A stretch of 64,000 nucleotides of DNA from Lama glama. Lineage: Eukaryota. The stretch spans positions 92,196,001-92,260,000 of the forward strand of contig CM052817.1 of assembly GCA_028534125.1 (NCBI GenBank). The letters run 5' to 3'. A model generated the notes under the pieces. It was given only the letters and a program-made list of their open reading frames with translations, was not told where the DNA came from and made no database searches. Below, one piece after another: positions 1-12,221 of this stretch; the first letter of the stretch is position 1, and the number at the start of each line of letters is the position of its first letter. The translations under genes were made by a program, and so were the position numbers.

Positions 1-1173
1 AGGGTGATTCATTTCAAATTGGCAGTGGTGTTAACGTGGTGGCTTCTGTCCAGGCCAAGCCTGGGCCGGGGACCCTGGGCCTGTCTGTTCCACCACCACC
101 CCTGTGGCTCAGCTAGCATCTCAGACCCTAGCAAAGGGTCCGTGGCATACAGGATTTTTTTCTTTTTCACTACAGTCAAGCAATTCAGCAAATACAGATC
201 TCTTTTCCTCTTGTGGTTAAAATATTGACCTGATGTCATAAACCTCTGATTTTTAAAAGCCTTGTAGCATGAGAGGCAGGCTAACATATGAATTTGAAAC
301 CTGGTGATTGGGAAGTGTTTTGAATGGCCTTGAAAACTGCAGGTAAAACATTAAATTACACTAATATTCTTGTTTAGTTAAACTTTTTAATATTTTTAAA
401 AGCCTTTCATAATATTATGGAGAAGTAAATTCTTGGGCCTGATTTCAATTTGAGTCAAATTCCAACTAATAATGTTACACCCATAAACCTTCTCCTTAAC
501 AGCCCATAACATTAAACTGAAAACAGAATTCTTGAAGCACACACTTACGCTGGCTATCCATGAAATAAGCATTACAGACTTTCACCAGATGTCTTTAATA
601 GACATTGTTATTAAAAAGACTATTACATAAAATAAATTTAGACTGTTAGTCTAGCACAATTACTAAACGAATATTGCAGCATGGTCAGATAATCACATCT
701 ATACTTAATTGAGAGGGGAAAAAACTCTCATGGCCATTATTATCTTTTGGTGGTAGCCACCTATTCATTTACCCATCCAGCTCATTAGCCCAGATTAGGA
801 TTTGTTAGTGCCTTCTCCATGTCATAAGCCCCAATTTTCAGTAAATTAAAAGTTGGTCAGGAAAAAAAAAAAAAAGAGCTCAAGTTCACAAGCATCAGCC
901 TAAGAGCAAATTTCTTATAAAAATCTTAGGGAAAACAAAATTCAGCTCTTTTTTGGTTACGAGTGCCAAAAAAAAGTTTTGTGGTTTTGGGCACTTATAA
1001 GTTTTATAATTTGAAAATAAGTTAGACTTTAAGCAGAAAAAAGAAAGCTCCAAGTCCATAATATGGATTAATGCCTCTGGTACGTTTTGAACACGACACA
1101 AAGCTAGCAAGAACTATTTGTTGGGAAATATGTTGTATTGTGCCTGAATGTTTCAAAAAACACTACTACTTAC

Positions 1174-1410
1174 ACCAGCATTAAATTCTGTTGCCCGCCT
1201 CCAGGCCTGCAATATAAAAAATATGATCCACTATTGCCAATAAGGTAATAACTGGAATCGAGCCGACATCTCTCATTCTAGGATATGAAATAAAGTAAGG
1301 GGAAACGCCCATTTTTCTGGTCCATGGTCTGTCCTTGTGGTGGCAAACTCTCATGGAGATAAACCAGAGGCAAATGGCCATGAAGACAGCCCTGATATTG
1401 TCATTTCCTG
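1174..1410 (-). other. Candidate non-coding/UTR exon
   Basis: Minus strand: pyrimidine tract CCCTCCTTCCCATCCCTCCTCTCT followed by TAG|CAG (NAGNAG acceptor at 1412-1408); donor GGT|GTAAGT at 1174/1173. No open frame spans it. Confidence 0.3.
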
Positions 1411-1624
1411 CTAAGAGAGGAGGGATGGGAAGGAGGGTCTTAACCACGATGACTCAGCAAATCAAAGCTGAAATTCATGTCTTTTGCAAGTGAGGCTGTA
1501 TTAGCAGTTTGTTAGGCTGTGGCTTCGTCCTCTTTATTTAGAGACTCTGTGTTTGGGCAGGTCTGGGAGAACAGGATGGATTAGTGTTTCGTACTGGGAC
1601 AGCTGAGCTTGTATGGAAGAGCAG

Positions 1625-1840
1625 AGACCAGAGTGGGTGGGTTTTGGATCAGACAGACCTTGATTTGATTCTTGCTCCGCAACTTACTGGTTAAATGACT
1701 TTGGAGAGTTATCTCAGCCTCTGTCTATTCATCTGTAAAATGAGTCTAAAAGAAATACATACCTCAGTAGTATTAGCAGTTTTAGGTGTTGCATAAGGAA
1801 GAGAGTTTCGCAAGTAGTAACAATAAATGTTAGCTATTCT
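1625..1840 (+). mobile_element. MIR SINE
   Basis: Core-like ACTTACTGG..TGACTTTGG..CATCTGTAAAATG and tail CAATAAATGTTAGCTATT. Confidence 0.75.
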
Positions 1841-2034
1841 TCTTCTCAAATTCCAAATCTTGCTTCCCAATTACCAGGAAGTTATGTGTTAGATGCAGTA
1901 CTATCTAATGGGATAGATCTTACTACTTTATACATGTAGGAAATTTTAGGCTATGATCATTTTCTTTTACACATATTTTTACTACATATTTTTGAAATCT
2001 GACCATAGAGTTAGTTAAAGAAGCAGCAATAAAA

Positions 2035-2265
2035 AGAGGGCCAATGTGCAATTTAGAAAACCTGGTTTGTGACCCAGCTCCACAATTTACCACTTAAACA
2101 AATTGCTTCAGCGTCTCTGAGCCTCCATTGTTTTTTGTTTTTGCAATCTGTAAAATTGAATGATAAATCTTATCCACCTCACATAGTTCCTGTGAGGACT
2201 GAATGGGGAGATAGATGTGAAAGCATTTTGAAAACTATAAAGCATTTAGTTGAAATAAATTAGAG
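2035..2265 (+). mobile_element. MIR/MIR3 SINE
   Basis: TCTCTGAGCCTC..ATCTGTAAAAT..CCTCACATAGTT..GTGAGGACTGAATG..GTGAAAGCATTTTG. Confidence 0.7.
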
Positions 2266-3239
2266 TATTTTTACAATTTTTATTAGGCTCAAAGTCACTT
2301 ATGGGGACAGATTCCTTTCTCCATAATTTTTTGCCCTTGGAAGTGTATTTGTATTGGGAACCATTGTTATTTATGGCTCATTTATTAATAGGCATAAACT
2401 TTGTTTTGATGACAGCCTTTTGCTAACAATAAATCAAAAATGGATTCATGGTTTCATAGTGTTCTTCAACTTTTCTCCTTTTTTGAAAAGTTGAGTCTTC
2501 ACAATTTGCTGGAGCAAAGGAAAGGGTTGTATAGCTTAATAACTGTTCTGCTAAAGTTCAGCAAATTGTACTTGATGTTTCTGACATTTATTGCTTACAC
2601 AGAGTATGTATTTTCTACCTGGACTTAAGTCATACACGTGCATGCATGCATGCACACACACACACACACAAACTTGCTTTGACCAAAGTAGTCATACTAG
2701 TATAGTTGGAATAACTAGAGAAATTCAGTTTGTCTGAAATGTCAGGGTTTCAAGAGCTAATCTCAGGTGACAGAGTTAATGAAAAATTTTGACCAAGAGG
2801 AGAATCTTACTTTAGGAAAAGGACAAACATTTTGTGTAAACACACCAGCTCCTTCCTCTGGCAAGATTGTTTATGCTTAGTCATCAGGAAAGTTTCAGCT
2901 GAACTTTGATCAACATGGCTCAGTAACTACCAACACCTTGACTGCCTACAGCCTAGAGAGAAAAGGAAAAGCTTGACCCACTTGTCACATGGATACATGA
3001 AAGAATAACTCAAGTTAATGAAATGCTTTCCTGGGGGATGTCATCCCTTTGTTTTCTGGTCGCAGTTACTATAGTCCTTCTGACACCACGTCTGCTCTGC
3101 CCAAGGAATAAGGAAATTTGAAGTAGGAGAGGATCATGATTCATATCTCCAAGCATTACTCAGTGCCATCCAAACTTCCATGTCTCTAGTACACTTACTG
3201 TCTGCTAATCTTGAAGGAAGTAACCATTGCACTCTAAAG

Positions 3240-3843
3240 TGTGATTACTCCCGGTTAAGAAGTCAGTCTCTCAGCCCCACACCTGCCCTTATCTTCTTGG
3301 CTTTATGATGCTGGACTTGGATTCTGCAAACCATGATTCTCCTTTGGCAGCAGCTCCATATTAGGCTCTGTGAGCATTAGAGGGAGCCTGTAATGCTGGA
3401 GGAGGAAAAGGGATTAACTCCTTTCCATTTGCTCCCTATTGGCTTGATGTCTGAATGCCACTGCTGCGAGCAGCCGCAGCCACATTTCTTCACTCGGCAG
3501 AAGCAGTTCTTTCCCATAGCAGTGAGTGAATCCAGGATTCAGTTTGTTCAAAACCTACAGAACCAGCCACATTGTGCATCCTTAGTCACCAATACCAGCC
3601 AAGCATCACCCCTCTCCAGAAGTGAGTTGTAGGTCCATAGGGCATCTCCAAGCTTCTAGATTTTAATAGTCCCACCCTCTTCCCTTCCCTCTGCCAGCCC
3701 GAGTATGTTAATATCTTCTTTTTAACACTTTTAGCTACCTTGTTAACAACTTTGTACCTAGTTATGAATTCCTTCTATTAAATTCTCCCTGTTAAAATAA
3801 CTAGGGAGTTTCCATCTCCTAACTGGTCCCTGACTGATGAACA
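3240..3843 (+). mobile_element. ERVL solo LTR, LTR41-like
   Basis: Matches recalled LTR41 blocks: ATGCTGG..TCTGCAAACCA, TAGAGGGAG..GCTGGAGGAGGAA, CAGAACCAGCC, ATTAAATTCTC..TGTTAAAATAACT, end CCCTGACTGAT. Confidence 0.75.
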
Positions 3844-3904
3844 AGCTGACGGCCTGGAATCATGTGTTGACACTCCCGCAGTAGTTTCTGTTCTGTAGTC
3901 GCTT

Positions 3905-4115
3905 GTAGGCAACATCTATTGCATTTGTCTGCCCAGAAACCAATCTTCTTGTTTTGGCAATCCTCCCCAGACTCACTCTGTGTCCATGTAGTTTAGGTAG
4001 GACTGCTCCAGGGAAAGGCTTATGAAGTCTAACCAATGAAATTTCTGCCTGTTCCAGCCAGAGTTATTGGTTTAGTAGCTGGACATGTGCTCCAGACGCA
4101 CTCAAAGTCAGTCAT
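3905..4115 (+). mobile_element. MaLR LTR fragment (MLT1K-like)
   Basis: TTTGTCTGCCCAG..CACTCTGTGTCCATGT..CCAATG..TTATTGGTTTAG..ACATGTG pattern. Confidence 0.5.
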
Positions 4116-4624
4116 CTTCTTAAACTTTCAAGGTACGTAAGCCAAGATGTTTCCATTCCTTAAAATCCTTAGCTTGACTTGTGTGTTTGCTACTGACAAG
4201 CTCTTAAACAAAAGGAATGAACCTTTCATGATAGTACTTGAGGAGAAATTTGGCAGATGTGTGGGTAGGTGGCAAGTAACTCTCCATGGCCTTTCAAACG
4301 TATCCCCAAATGGAACTGGTTGTAGCAGGTGGGTGTATGCCTCACGTGGTCTGCTCCAACCTGAAGCCTGGCTGGCACTCTTCCCCACAGGACTGATTCC
4401 ATGTGACCACTGCTGGTAAGTAGAGAAATGAGTCTTGGGGCAGTGGCTTGCTGCTGTGATATCCACAGTGTGAAACGAATGTCACTTTCTAGATGCACAT
4501 CGTAATTAATGATTTAGCTTAATCACCTTCATGGTAGTGGGGGCAGGACAAAAATACTTCCTCATATTATCTGCTAAAAACGGTTTATCTAATAGAGATA
4601 TCTATGCTAAGATCGGAATAAAAA

Positions 4625-4835
4625 GAGAATTGGCATTTATTGAATCCCGTTATAGACAGAGATTGGCTAAGTGCTTTCACCTCACAACCTACCCAGGAAA
4701 CATGTATCAGCATCCACTTTTTTAAAGCTGAGAAAAGTGAGGCTTAGAAAGGTTAAGCAACTCATTCAAGGTCACAAGCTAATAGATTCAAATCCAGTTC
4801 CCTTTTACATTGAAGTCCATTCTCTCTCCCCACAT
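4625..4835 (-). mobile_element. MIR SINE
   Basis: CATTTATTGA..CTAAGTGCTTT..TGAGGCTTAGAAAGGTTAAGCAACT..CAAGGTCACAAGCT (reverse MIR). Confidence 0.8.
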
Positions 4836-6518
4836 CAGGTGATGCCTCCCTGGGTAAGTCAGTGGGTCGTTCAAAGAGAAAGGATGATCACTGAGAACGT
4901 CCTGTTTCCCACCTTTCTCCTGGTTTTTCCACATCTAAAGCCCCCAAAGCAGCAATGTGGCTGGAAATCTGTCCTAAAGCCAAGGATTTATCCTGCATAT
5001 TGGGGTAAGCATATCCGAAAGCAATAGTGCTTAGAATGTTAGAAAAGTTTTAGGCTGTTTCTGGTCCAGCCACAAATAAACAGAGGTTTATATGTGTGGA
5101 GTGATTTACTATCGTTCATTAGTGTACTTTATACTTCACTGAACTTAGATAGGCAAATTATATAAACACTTTATATATAGGCAAAACATGTCAGATGTCA
5201 GGACTCAAAATATGTGTTTAATTAAAAAAATACATCTCTTAAAGCCAAAGCCCTAAATACATATTAAACAATACCCTAGTCTGAAGGTAAATGAGATATG
5301 TCACCTAACAGATATTAAGTGACCCACATTTACAGTAATACCTCCATTAATGAGGCAAAATGCCTTCCAACAGCACACTTCAGTGTCAGAAACTTCATTA
5401 TCCAATGAAGCGGCAACACAGAAATCATCAGGACCCATCCAAAGAGGACAGAGAAGAAGTGGGGATGGTGAAAAATTAGTAAGTATTAACCAAAAGAATA
5501 TAAGTAGGTTGCCTGAAAGCAAGATTCTGGAAGTTCTGAGATAGAGAGGAGATTAAGAGGGGGTGGGACCCTCAGGGCGAATCTGCACTGGCCAGAGAAA
5601 AGGTTTAAAGAAGCCTGCGGGAGTGGCCTGGACTGTAGGAGAATGGACTCCACCTGATTTGGTCACTCCAGCAGCCCCAGACCAGGTCTGGAGGGGCTGG
5701 AACTGAGCTTGGCCTGGACAAGTCTCTGCAAGGACACAGACTACCCACAGAGGAGAGACAGAAGGCACTTCTGATCCCACAGGGGCCCCCAAGCACACCA
5801 AGTGCAAGCTCAGTGTTGGGGTTACATGTCCGTGATTTCACTGCATCCCAGGTCACCCCCATCCATTTGCAAGTCCTTTCACAAGGGGGACGTCTTTCAT
5901 TATTCCATTAGAATGAAAAGACTGAGTATACTTGCTTGGTTGAGGTTCCGCATTGACCTCAAGTCACTGAGACAAAAGTTCCTCTCATCAAGGAATCAGA
6001 CAATCCGTAGATGACAGTGACCCTGATCAGACCTTTTTCTTCCTTGACAAAAGCAAGGAAGTGGGGAAAGAGGCTGACATGGGGCAGCTGAAGGGACAGA
6101 GGAGGCAGCCAAGGGGTTATGAGAGTCAGAAACGCGAGGCTGGGGAACCCCAACATATTTGCTGATTTCGTATTTATACCCCAAATCCTGCAGGACAAAC
6201 ACGCTTTATTCACTGAGGTATTTTTGTCCCGTGCAGCTGTGTGGCTGAGCAGGAGCTTTGCTGCCGAGCCACATGAGTCATGCCAGCACTGGCGCACATG
6301 ATTTATGAAGACTGAAAGAAGAAAACAGCCAGCTTCATTATGAAGGAGCTCCACTTCCAGAGGATTTGTTCACCGAGGACCAAGGTGCCATTTGTTGATC
6401 TCTGAGTGAAACAGTGGGGCTGCTTCCACCAGCAACGGGCTGGAAGACATCTTCCAGCTTCCCCCTCCCCCAGCCTGATTCCCAGCTTGAATGAGGAGGC
6501 CTCTAGGGTAAGAAGAGC

Positions 6519-6697
6519 CAGATACTATTATATACAAAATAGATAACAGCAAGGTCCTACTCCACAGCACAAAGAGCTTGTAATGGCCTATAATGAAAGA
6601 GTGTATATATATGTATGTATGTATAACTGAATCAGTATGCTGTATACTAGAAACTAACACAACTTTATAAATCAACTAGACTTAAATTTAAAAAAAA
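6519..6697 (+). mobile_element. L1 3' end, 5'-truncated (cetartiodactyl type)
   Basis: CAGATACTATTATATACAAAATAGATAA..AAGGTCCTACT..ACTGAATCA..GCTGTATACTAGAAACTAACACAAC..poly(A). Confidence 0.85.
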
Positions 6698-8336
6698 GAG
6701 AGAGCGAGTAAGAAAGTTGTAGCCCCAGATGTGTCGCTGCCACAGGAGGCTCAGCAACTCTGAAAGGGGCCAAACCACCCTGTCAGAGGTGCTGCTTAGG
6801 CCTGGAGCTGATTCCCTCCAAGACGGGGTCTGCCCCCTGGCATGGGATAAGGCTGAAAAGGGACTAGGTCTTATTGGTATCCAGGCTGGCAGCTTTTGTC
6901 ACACTGTCTCCCTGCCTCCCTGATCAGGAGACCGCCCCCACAGGATCTTCCCGAAACTTCAGCAGGACTCCTTTCCCCTAGTCCCACCCACATTCCCTAC
7001 TGGCGTTGGAAAGAAAGGGCCAGGATCTCGAATTCAGAAACATTTCTAACTCCTATCCTCTGAAACTTCCCAAGCTGGATTGACGAGTCTTGTCTCTTTC
7101 CTATTCTCCCTCTCTGTTTCAGCTTTTACTTTCGAACAAGGCCAGGTCTACATTTATTCCTTGAGAGAAGTGGGAAAATCAGGCCAGTGGGTAGCCCAGG
7201 TTTGTGGCTGTGACACCTAACAGCTGCTTTGTGACAGAGTAGCTTGGACTAAGAAGCGACTTGGGTAATATCCTGTTCATCTGCTTCCAGGAATGTGCTG
7301 TCACCCACCCATACCCTCACCACAATGCAGCCAAATGAAAGTCCCTAAGAATCTGCGTGTAATAACACGGTCATGGAGCCTGTACTGTGGACACTTTCAT
7401 CTTAAATTAAATTGGAGGAGGCTCAGAATATAGTTTGCATTCAGGCTGTCTAACTTGTTGATAAGATACAAAGTGTATCATGCCAGTTAAAGATGAGAAT
7501 AAAGCAGGTTTGGAAATTTTTCAAAAAAAGGATTTGAAATGTCAAAATTTTAAGGTCAAGAGGATATACCAGTTGCCAGTGAGATTCTGTTCTAAATCAG
7601 AAAATAAAAGAAGTAAATAAAAGTTCTGAGTGGAATTTTTAAGTTTCCAGCAAAAGTGTTCAATATCCTTCCTGTGGTTGTAGGTAGTTTTGGGACAGTG
7701 CTTCCAGCGTAGCTTGCGGTTTGTTTAATTTTTGTGTGGTCCAGGCCCCGCCTCCACCAACACACACACAAAGACCTGAACAATCGGTTACAGGTAGCTG
7801 TCTAATCTCTCCCCCAGAAGCTTTGAAGGTGCTTCCAGCTGCATCAAAGTGCTTCATTGCTCTGTGCATCTCTGCCTAACTTCAAAGCCTAGCTGCAGGA
7901 ACTTGCAGTGTGGTCTACCTTGTAGTTCTAAAGGATTTATTACTCTCTAGTTATTGTGCAAATTTTTATGGAGATACCCTGGTATCTTTCTTGACTCACC
8001 ACTTAGCCTTGCAGTAGCTTCTCCTATGATGATTAAGGACTGTCTAGGAAAATTATCTACAGGAATAGGTTAGGGTCAAGACTGCCTGAGACTAAAATCC
8101 TGTGGACTTTAGGTCCTTTCAATGTCTGTGACGCCACACCCTGTTCAACTATTTGAGAAGGTTTTACCAGCCCAGCAGCTGGGGAACTTTCCCTTAAGAG
8201 CCTAAAAGGAGCTAATTAGTTTGATTTAAGTTGTCGTTAAAGAAAAAAATAATTGTCACCTTCATAAAAACTAATGGTAAAGGATTGTGAAAGGGATGAG
8301 AGTCTTGAGATATAAGAGCAAATAGATACTCTAGGA

Positions 8337-8540
8337 TAGGCTGTCTGATAGAACTTTCTGCAGTGATGGAAATGTTCGGTAACTCTGTGTTGTCCAGTAC
8401 AGTAGCCCCCAGCCTCATGTGGCTGCAGAGCACTTGAAATATTCTCAGAATGATTGAAGAACTGAATTTTCAATTTTACTTCATTTTAATTAATTTAAAT
8501 TGTCATAAATGGCTAGTGGCTACTGTATGTGCACTCATGG
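8337..8540 (+). mobile_element. MER3 (hAT-Charlie MITE)
   Basis: ATAGAACTTTCTGCAGTGATGGAAATGTT..AGCACTTGAAAT..GAACTGAATTTT..GGCTAGTGGCTAC; 8-bp TSD CTCTAGGA (8329-8336)/CTCTAAGA (8541-8548). Confidence 0.9.
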
Positions 8541-8804
8541 CTCTAAGAATTAACAGTATGTATATGTCTGTGTGTCTGTGTGTGTTTAGAAAATGTAAAA
8601 TCTGATGTGGAAGAAAAAGAGGAAACGGAATTAAAAATAATGCCCACTTGGATCCTACTGGAAAAATCCTTCTGACCTGTTGCCATAATATCTCCACCCA
8701 GGCAATAAGGAGATTCTAGCAATCAGTCCCAAAGAGAACAGTGTCATCATGCATTTCCATTAATCACTCAGGAACAAGGCTGCCATGCCCACACACAGGC
8801 TGGC

Positions 8805-8995
8805 ACTTACCTGCATTCACGCCTCCTGATGGATAGCATGTCAAGTAACCATGTGCGAAGCAATGGACAAGGGGGAAAGATAATGAAATTGCCTCCTCAT
8901 TGACCAGCCCAAGCCAATCACATGTCATGGTGCATGGCTGTTACTTTTATACATCAAGGGTGCCTTATACCAGGTAAGTCACCCGCCCCTTTAAA
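8805..8995. promoter_or_regulatory. Candidate TATA promoter/first exon (minus), possibly bidirectional
   Basis: Minus-strand GC box (~8982-8989), TATAAAAG (8951-8944) and CAG|GTAAGT donor at 8811/8810; CCAAT 8914-8918; plus-strand CAG|GTAAGT at 8973/8974. Confidence 0.4.
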
Positions 8996-11836
8996 GCGAC
9001 ATAAATCAGGAGTTGTACAAGTGGAAAGGGGTCATCACGAGGCCACGGGAATCTCAGGCCTGTCCACTGGGCTGGTCTGATATGAGCCTTGAAATCGTTC
9101 CCTGAGCTGGCAAAAACACAGGATTTTGAATACTTTGGTGGGGGACTCCAAGCCCTGTGAATGCTGCAGGCAACCTCCTGATGGAAGGCAGGAAGGAAAT
9201 GCCGAGAAATGGGAGAAACCTATGGGAGCCTCTGTATGTGTGAGGGGAGATCCCTGCTGGTGTGAGGCTGCGGGCGCCAAACAGCAGCAGGAAGACAGTC
9301 CCCCCGCTCCTTTTCCCCACTTGCTCCCTTAGGTTCATTTCCCATCTACCTTCTAATTAGGAAACACCAGAGAAATCTTGGAAAGTATAAAGAACCAGGC
9401 ATTAATAAGTTTTTCTCCTTCCGGGAGAAAAAAAAAGAAACTTGTAAATTAACCCACATTTCACTTCTGTAAAGTTGCTGTTTTTCCTCCCCCCCCCCAT
9501 GTCCGCATCTGGGCACGGCATTAAGCATGGTACCGAAATGTTTAACAGCGGCTGCTCTGGCTGCAGCACTTGCTAGTCAGGAGAGATTTGCCTTTTTCAT
9601 CATGAATTCTTTTGTTTTTCCCTGTGGCCAGCTGCTACAAAGATGCAGTCAATTTAGATTAAACAGCTGAGGAGTGCTATTCAATATGTCAGCCCGGCAC
9701 ACTTCTTGAAATCCAGCGTTCAGCAGGTACAGCTTTGGAAAAAAAGTCAGAAGGCTGTTCAGGGGCACAGACTTTGGTTCTAAGTCTGGGAACAAGAGCT
9801 GGGGTCCTTGGTGTGCAGACACGGGTTTCTCCGTATTCAGCCCAGGGAGCGGTGGGAGCAGCTTGTGCCCTTTCTTGCTGCCTGTCTTCACCCTTGTCCT
9901 GCTCCTCCCCTTCCCCTGCTGCCACTGGTTTCCATCTCCATTGTTCCCTTAAGCCCAGCAGCCAGTGTGCAGCCAGGCCCAGCACACGCTCCCGCAGCCA
10001 GCAACTTCCTCTGAAGCTGCAACGCATAATTACAACCAGCTGCTCCAGGCTGCTGGCCGGCCAGCTCTGCAAACAAGCATCCTGATACCCGGAGTTCCAG
10101 GGAGGCAACAGCCTGCTCTTGGCAGCCGCCAATCCTCCGAAGGAAGTGCCCACACCCTTGGAAGAAGCGAGAGCAGCCCTCCCTTCTTGCTCCAGTAGCT
10201 CCCAGAGGCCAGCTGTCTCTTCTCTCTTTCATGTCAGAGAGGGTCATTTTTACTGTTCAGAGGAAGGCGCCCGCTCCATCACCTGTGGCTGCCCTCTCCC
10301 TGCTGGCCTATTGTCTGTGCTGGTGCCACCTCAAAGCAGGATGGCATGTCCTAGGCCTAAGCTGGGGGGCAGGGGCATGAGACCCCGGCTTCCGGTCAGC
10401 ATCTCAGCGGGGGCAGTCTTGTGATCGTGGACAGCGAGATGAGTGTGGGACATGCACCCTGCCCTCAGCTAGCGCCAGAGAGACAATTGATGTTGCTTTA
10501 AAAAAACCACCAGTGAAAATCCAAACAAGCCTGACTGAGCCGCTCTAACTAAGGAGAGCAGTGTGTGGGCAAGAGAGCTGAGGATTCACCCAGGACCCCC
10601 CTCCGAGCTGTGGGTTCATCTTGGGGCCTCAGTGATCTTTAAGGCTTGGCTACAAGTATGACTGATCCAAAATTAGGCTTTGAATGTGTAACGCGTGCCC
10701 CACCCATCGCCTCTCTCTGCCCTCTGTCGGTTCTTCAGAGCCTGGCTCCGAGCCAGACCTGGCCCTTCTGGCTCCTGGGGGCAGGGCCAGCTGCAGTGTT
10801 CTGTTTCCAGGCAGGGCTTTAGGGTGGGTGAAGGGGTGCGGGCTATACAGGAAAAGGAAGAGAGACTGAGATGTTTGGGAAGAACACCCAACCCTCAAAT
10901 TTCTCACCCCATCAACCCAAAGCTGGAGGAGACTCTGCAGGTGGGGCAGGCATGCCACCCAGACTACCCACATTGCTTCTGCCCACCTGTGCCTTCCAGC
11001 TTGGGCTCCCAATAGGTCTTCAGCATGGAGAGCCGAGCCAGGCTGGCTCTGTCGGGTCAACAGCAGCCACAGAGGTGGGGAGCAGCTGGGAGCCAGCTAT
11101 TGAAAAGTAGCTGCTCATTTTACAGGGCAACTTCTCAGGGATGCTGGCCCTGGCAGTAGCAGCTAAAGTGGGGAAGACAGAAGCATCTTCGAGAGGGCCC
11201 ATCCTCTCCATCTGAGCTTCACCCGCCAGACCTTGGGCAGCAGCAGCAGCAGGCCAGCCGTCTATCCATCATGCTGGGGTTCCCCTTTGCAGCCTCCTTT
11301 GTCTCCCTGGTTAAAAATCTCAGTAGAACTTTTTTGCAGAGTGATACTGGGCATGGGGATGGGGGCGGGAAGGTTCATCCTTGGAAGGAATTTTGAAGCT
11401 ACCTGGATTGGCAAGGAGCATGCAGAGTACTAGTCACTCTTGAATGTGTGTTAAAAATGGGGTTAGTGCCTCATCAGCTGCGGCTTTTCTGTTTCTTCAT
11501 CAGTCTCTGATAATCTTTGCAATTTAATTCCCCACAGGAAGGGAAAAGAATATCAGTTTAAACTGCTCTTTGGTGCTCAACCCACGCTCGTCCTTCTGGT
11601 GCGTAAGCCTGGGTACACTTTAGAAGCACATACAAAGCAAATGCTTGTCTGTGAGAGCATCACGACGCAGCTATTACAGCCTGAATATAACTTGTGCAGC
11701 TCGACTGGCTCTTCCACTTAGAGCAGCTGGGAGATCCCAGAGCCTGGGTAATGTGATTTGGGGCAGGTTTTTCTTGGGGCTTGCAATGAGGAACAAGCTT
11801 AACAAGCGAACAGTCATGTCTGAGCTTTCACTTTAC

Positions 11837-11933
11837 CGCAGACCTTGCTCGAGGACATCAGGGATGTGTTGCTTTAGAGGGCTCCGTTCCCAGAGGAGGA
11901 GTGGAAGAAGGCACCGACAGCCCTGTCCTGTCG
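11837..11933. other. Candidate non-coding exon with splice signals on both strands
   Basis: Plus: CTTTCACTTTACCGCAG|11842..11933|GTAAGT. Minus: long pyrimidine tract..ACCGACAG|11927..11837|GTAAAG. Confidence 0.35.
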
Positions 11934-12074
11934 GTAAGTGGAGAACAAAGATGTACAAGAACAGAAAGAGAAAAAAGTTTGGTCTTCAGGATTATAAAAA
12001 AATGAAGTCGAGAGGATTAAGCACCAGATTTTGAGACAGGAGACAGATTATTTTCCTAACACTGTCCTTAATTA

Positions 12075-12176
12075 TCCGTGTGGACTTGGCAATCCATTTA
12101 CTTCTCCTGGTTTGAGTTTTCTCATCTATAAAATAGGGGTGATGATCCCATCTTGCTGCTAATCTACCATGAGGGA

Positions 12177-12221
<45 letters not shown>

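Noticed and set aside
7695..7860. Repeated GTGCTTC(CAGC) and an AAAGTGCTTC miR-302/371-like seed
   Set aside because: No complementary arm forming a pre-miRNA hairpin was seen
9689..10247. Overlapping 116-154-aa ORFs on both strands
   Set aside because: No protein recognised; typical of GC-rich promoter/UTR sequence
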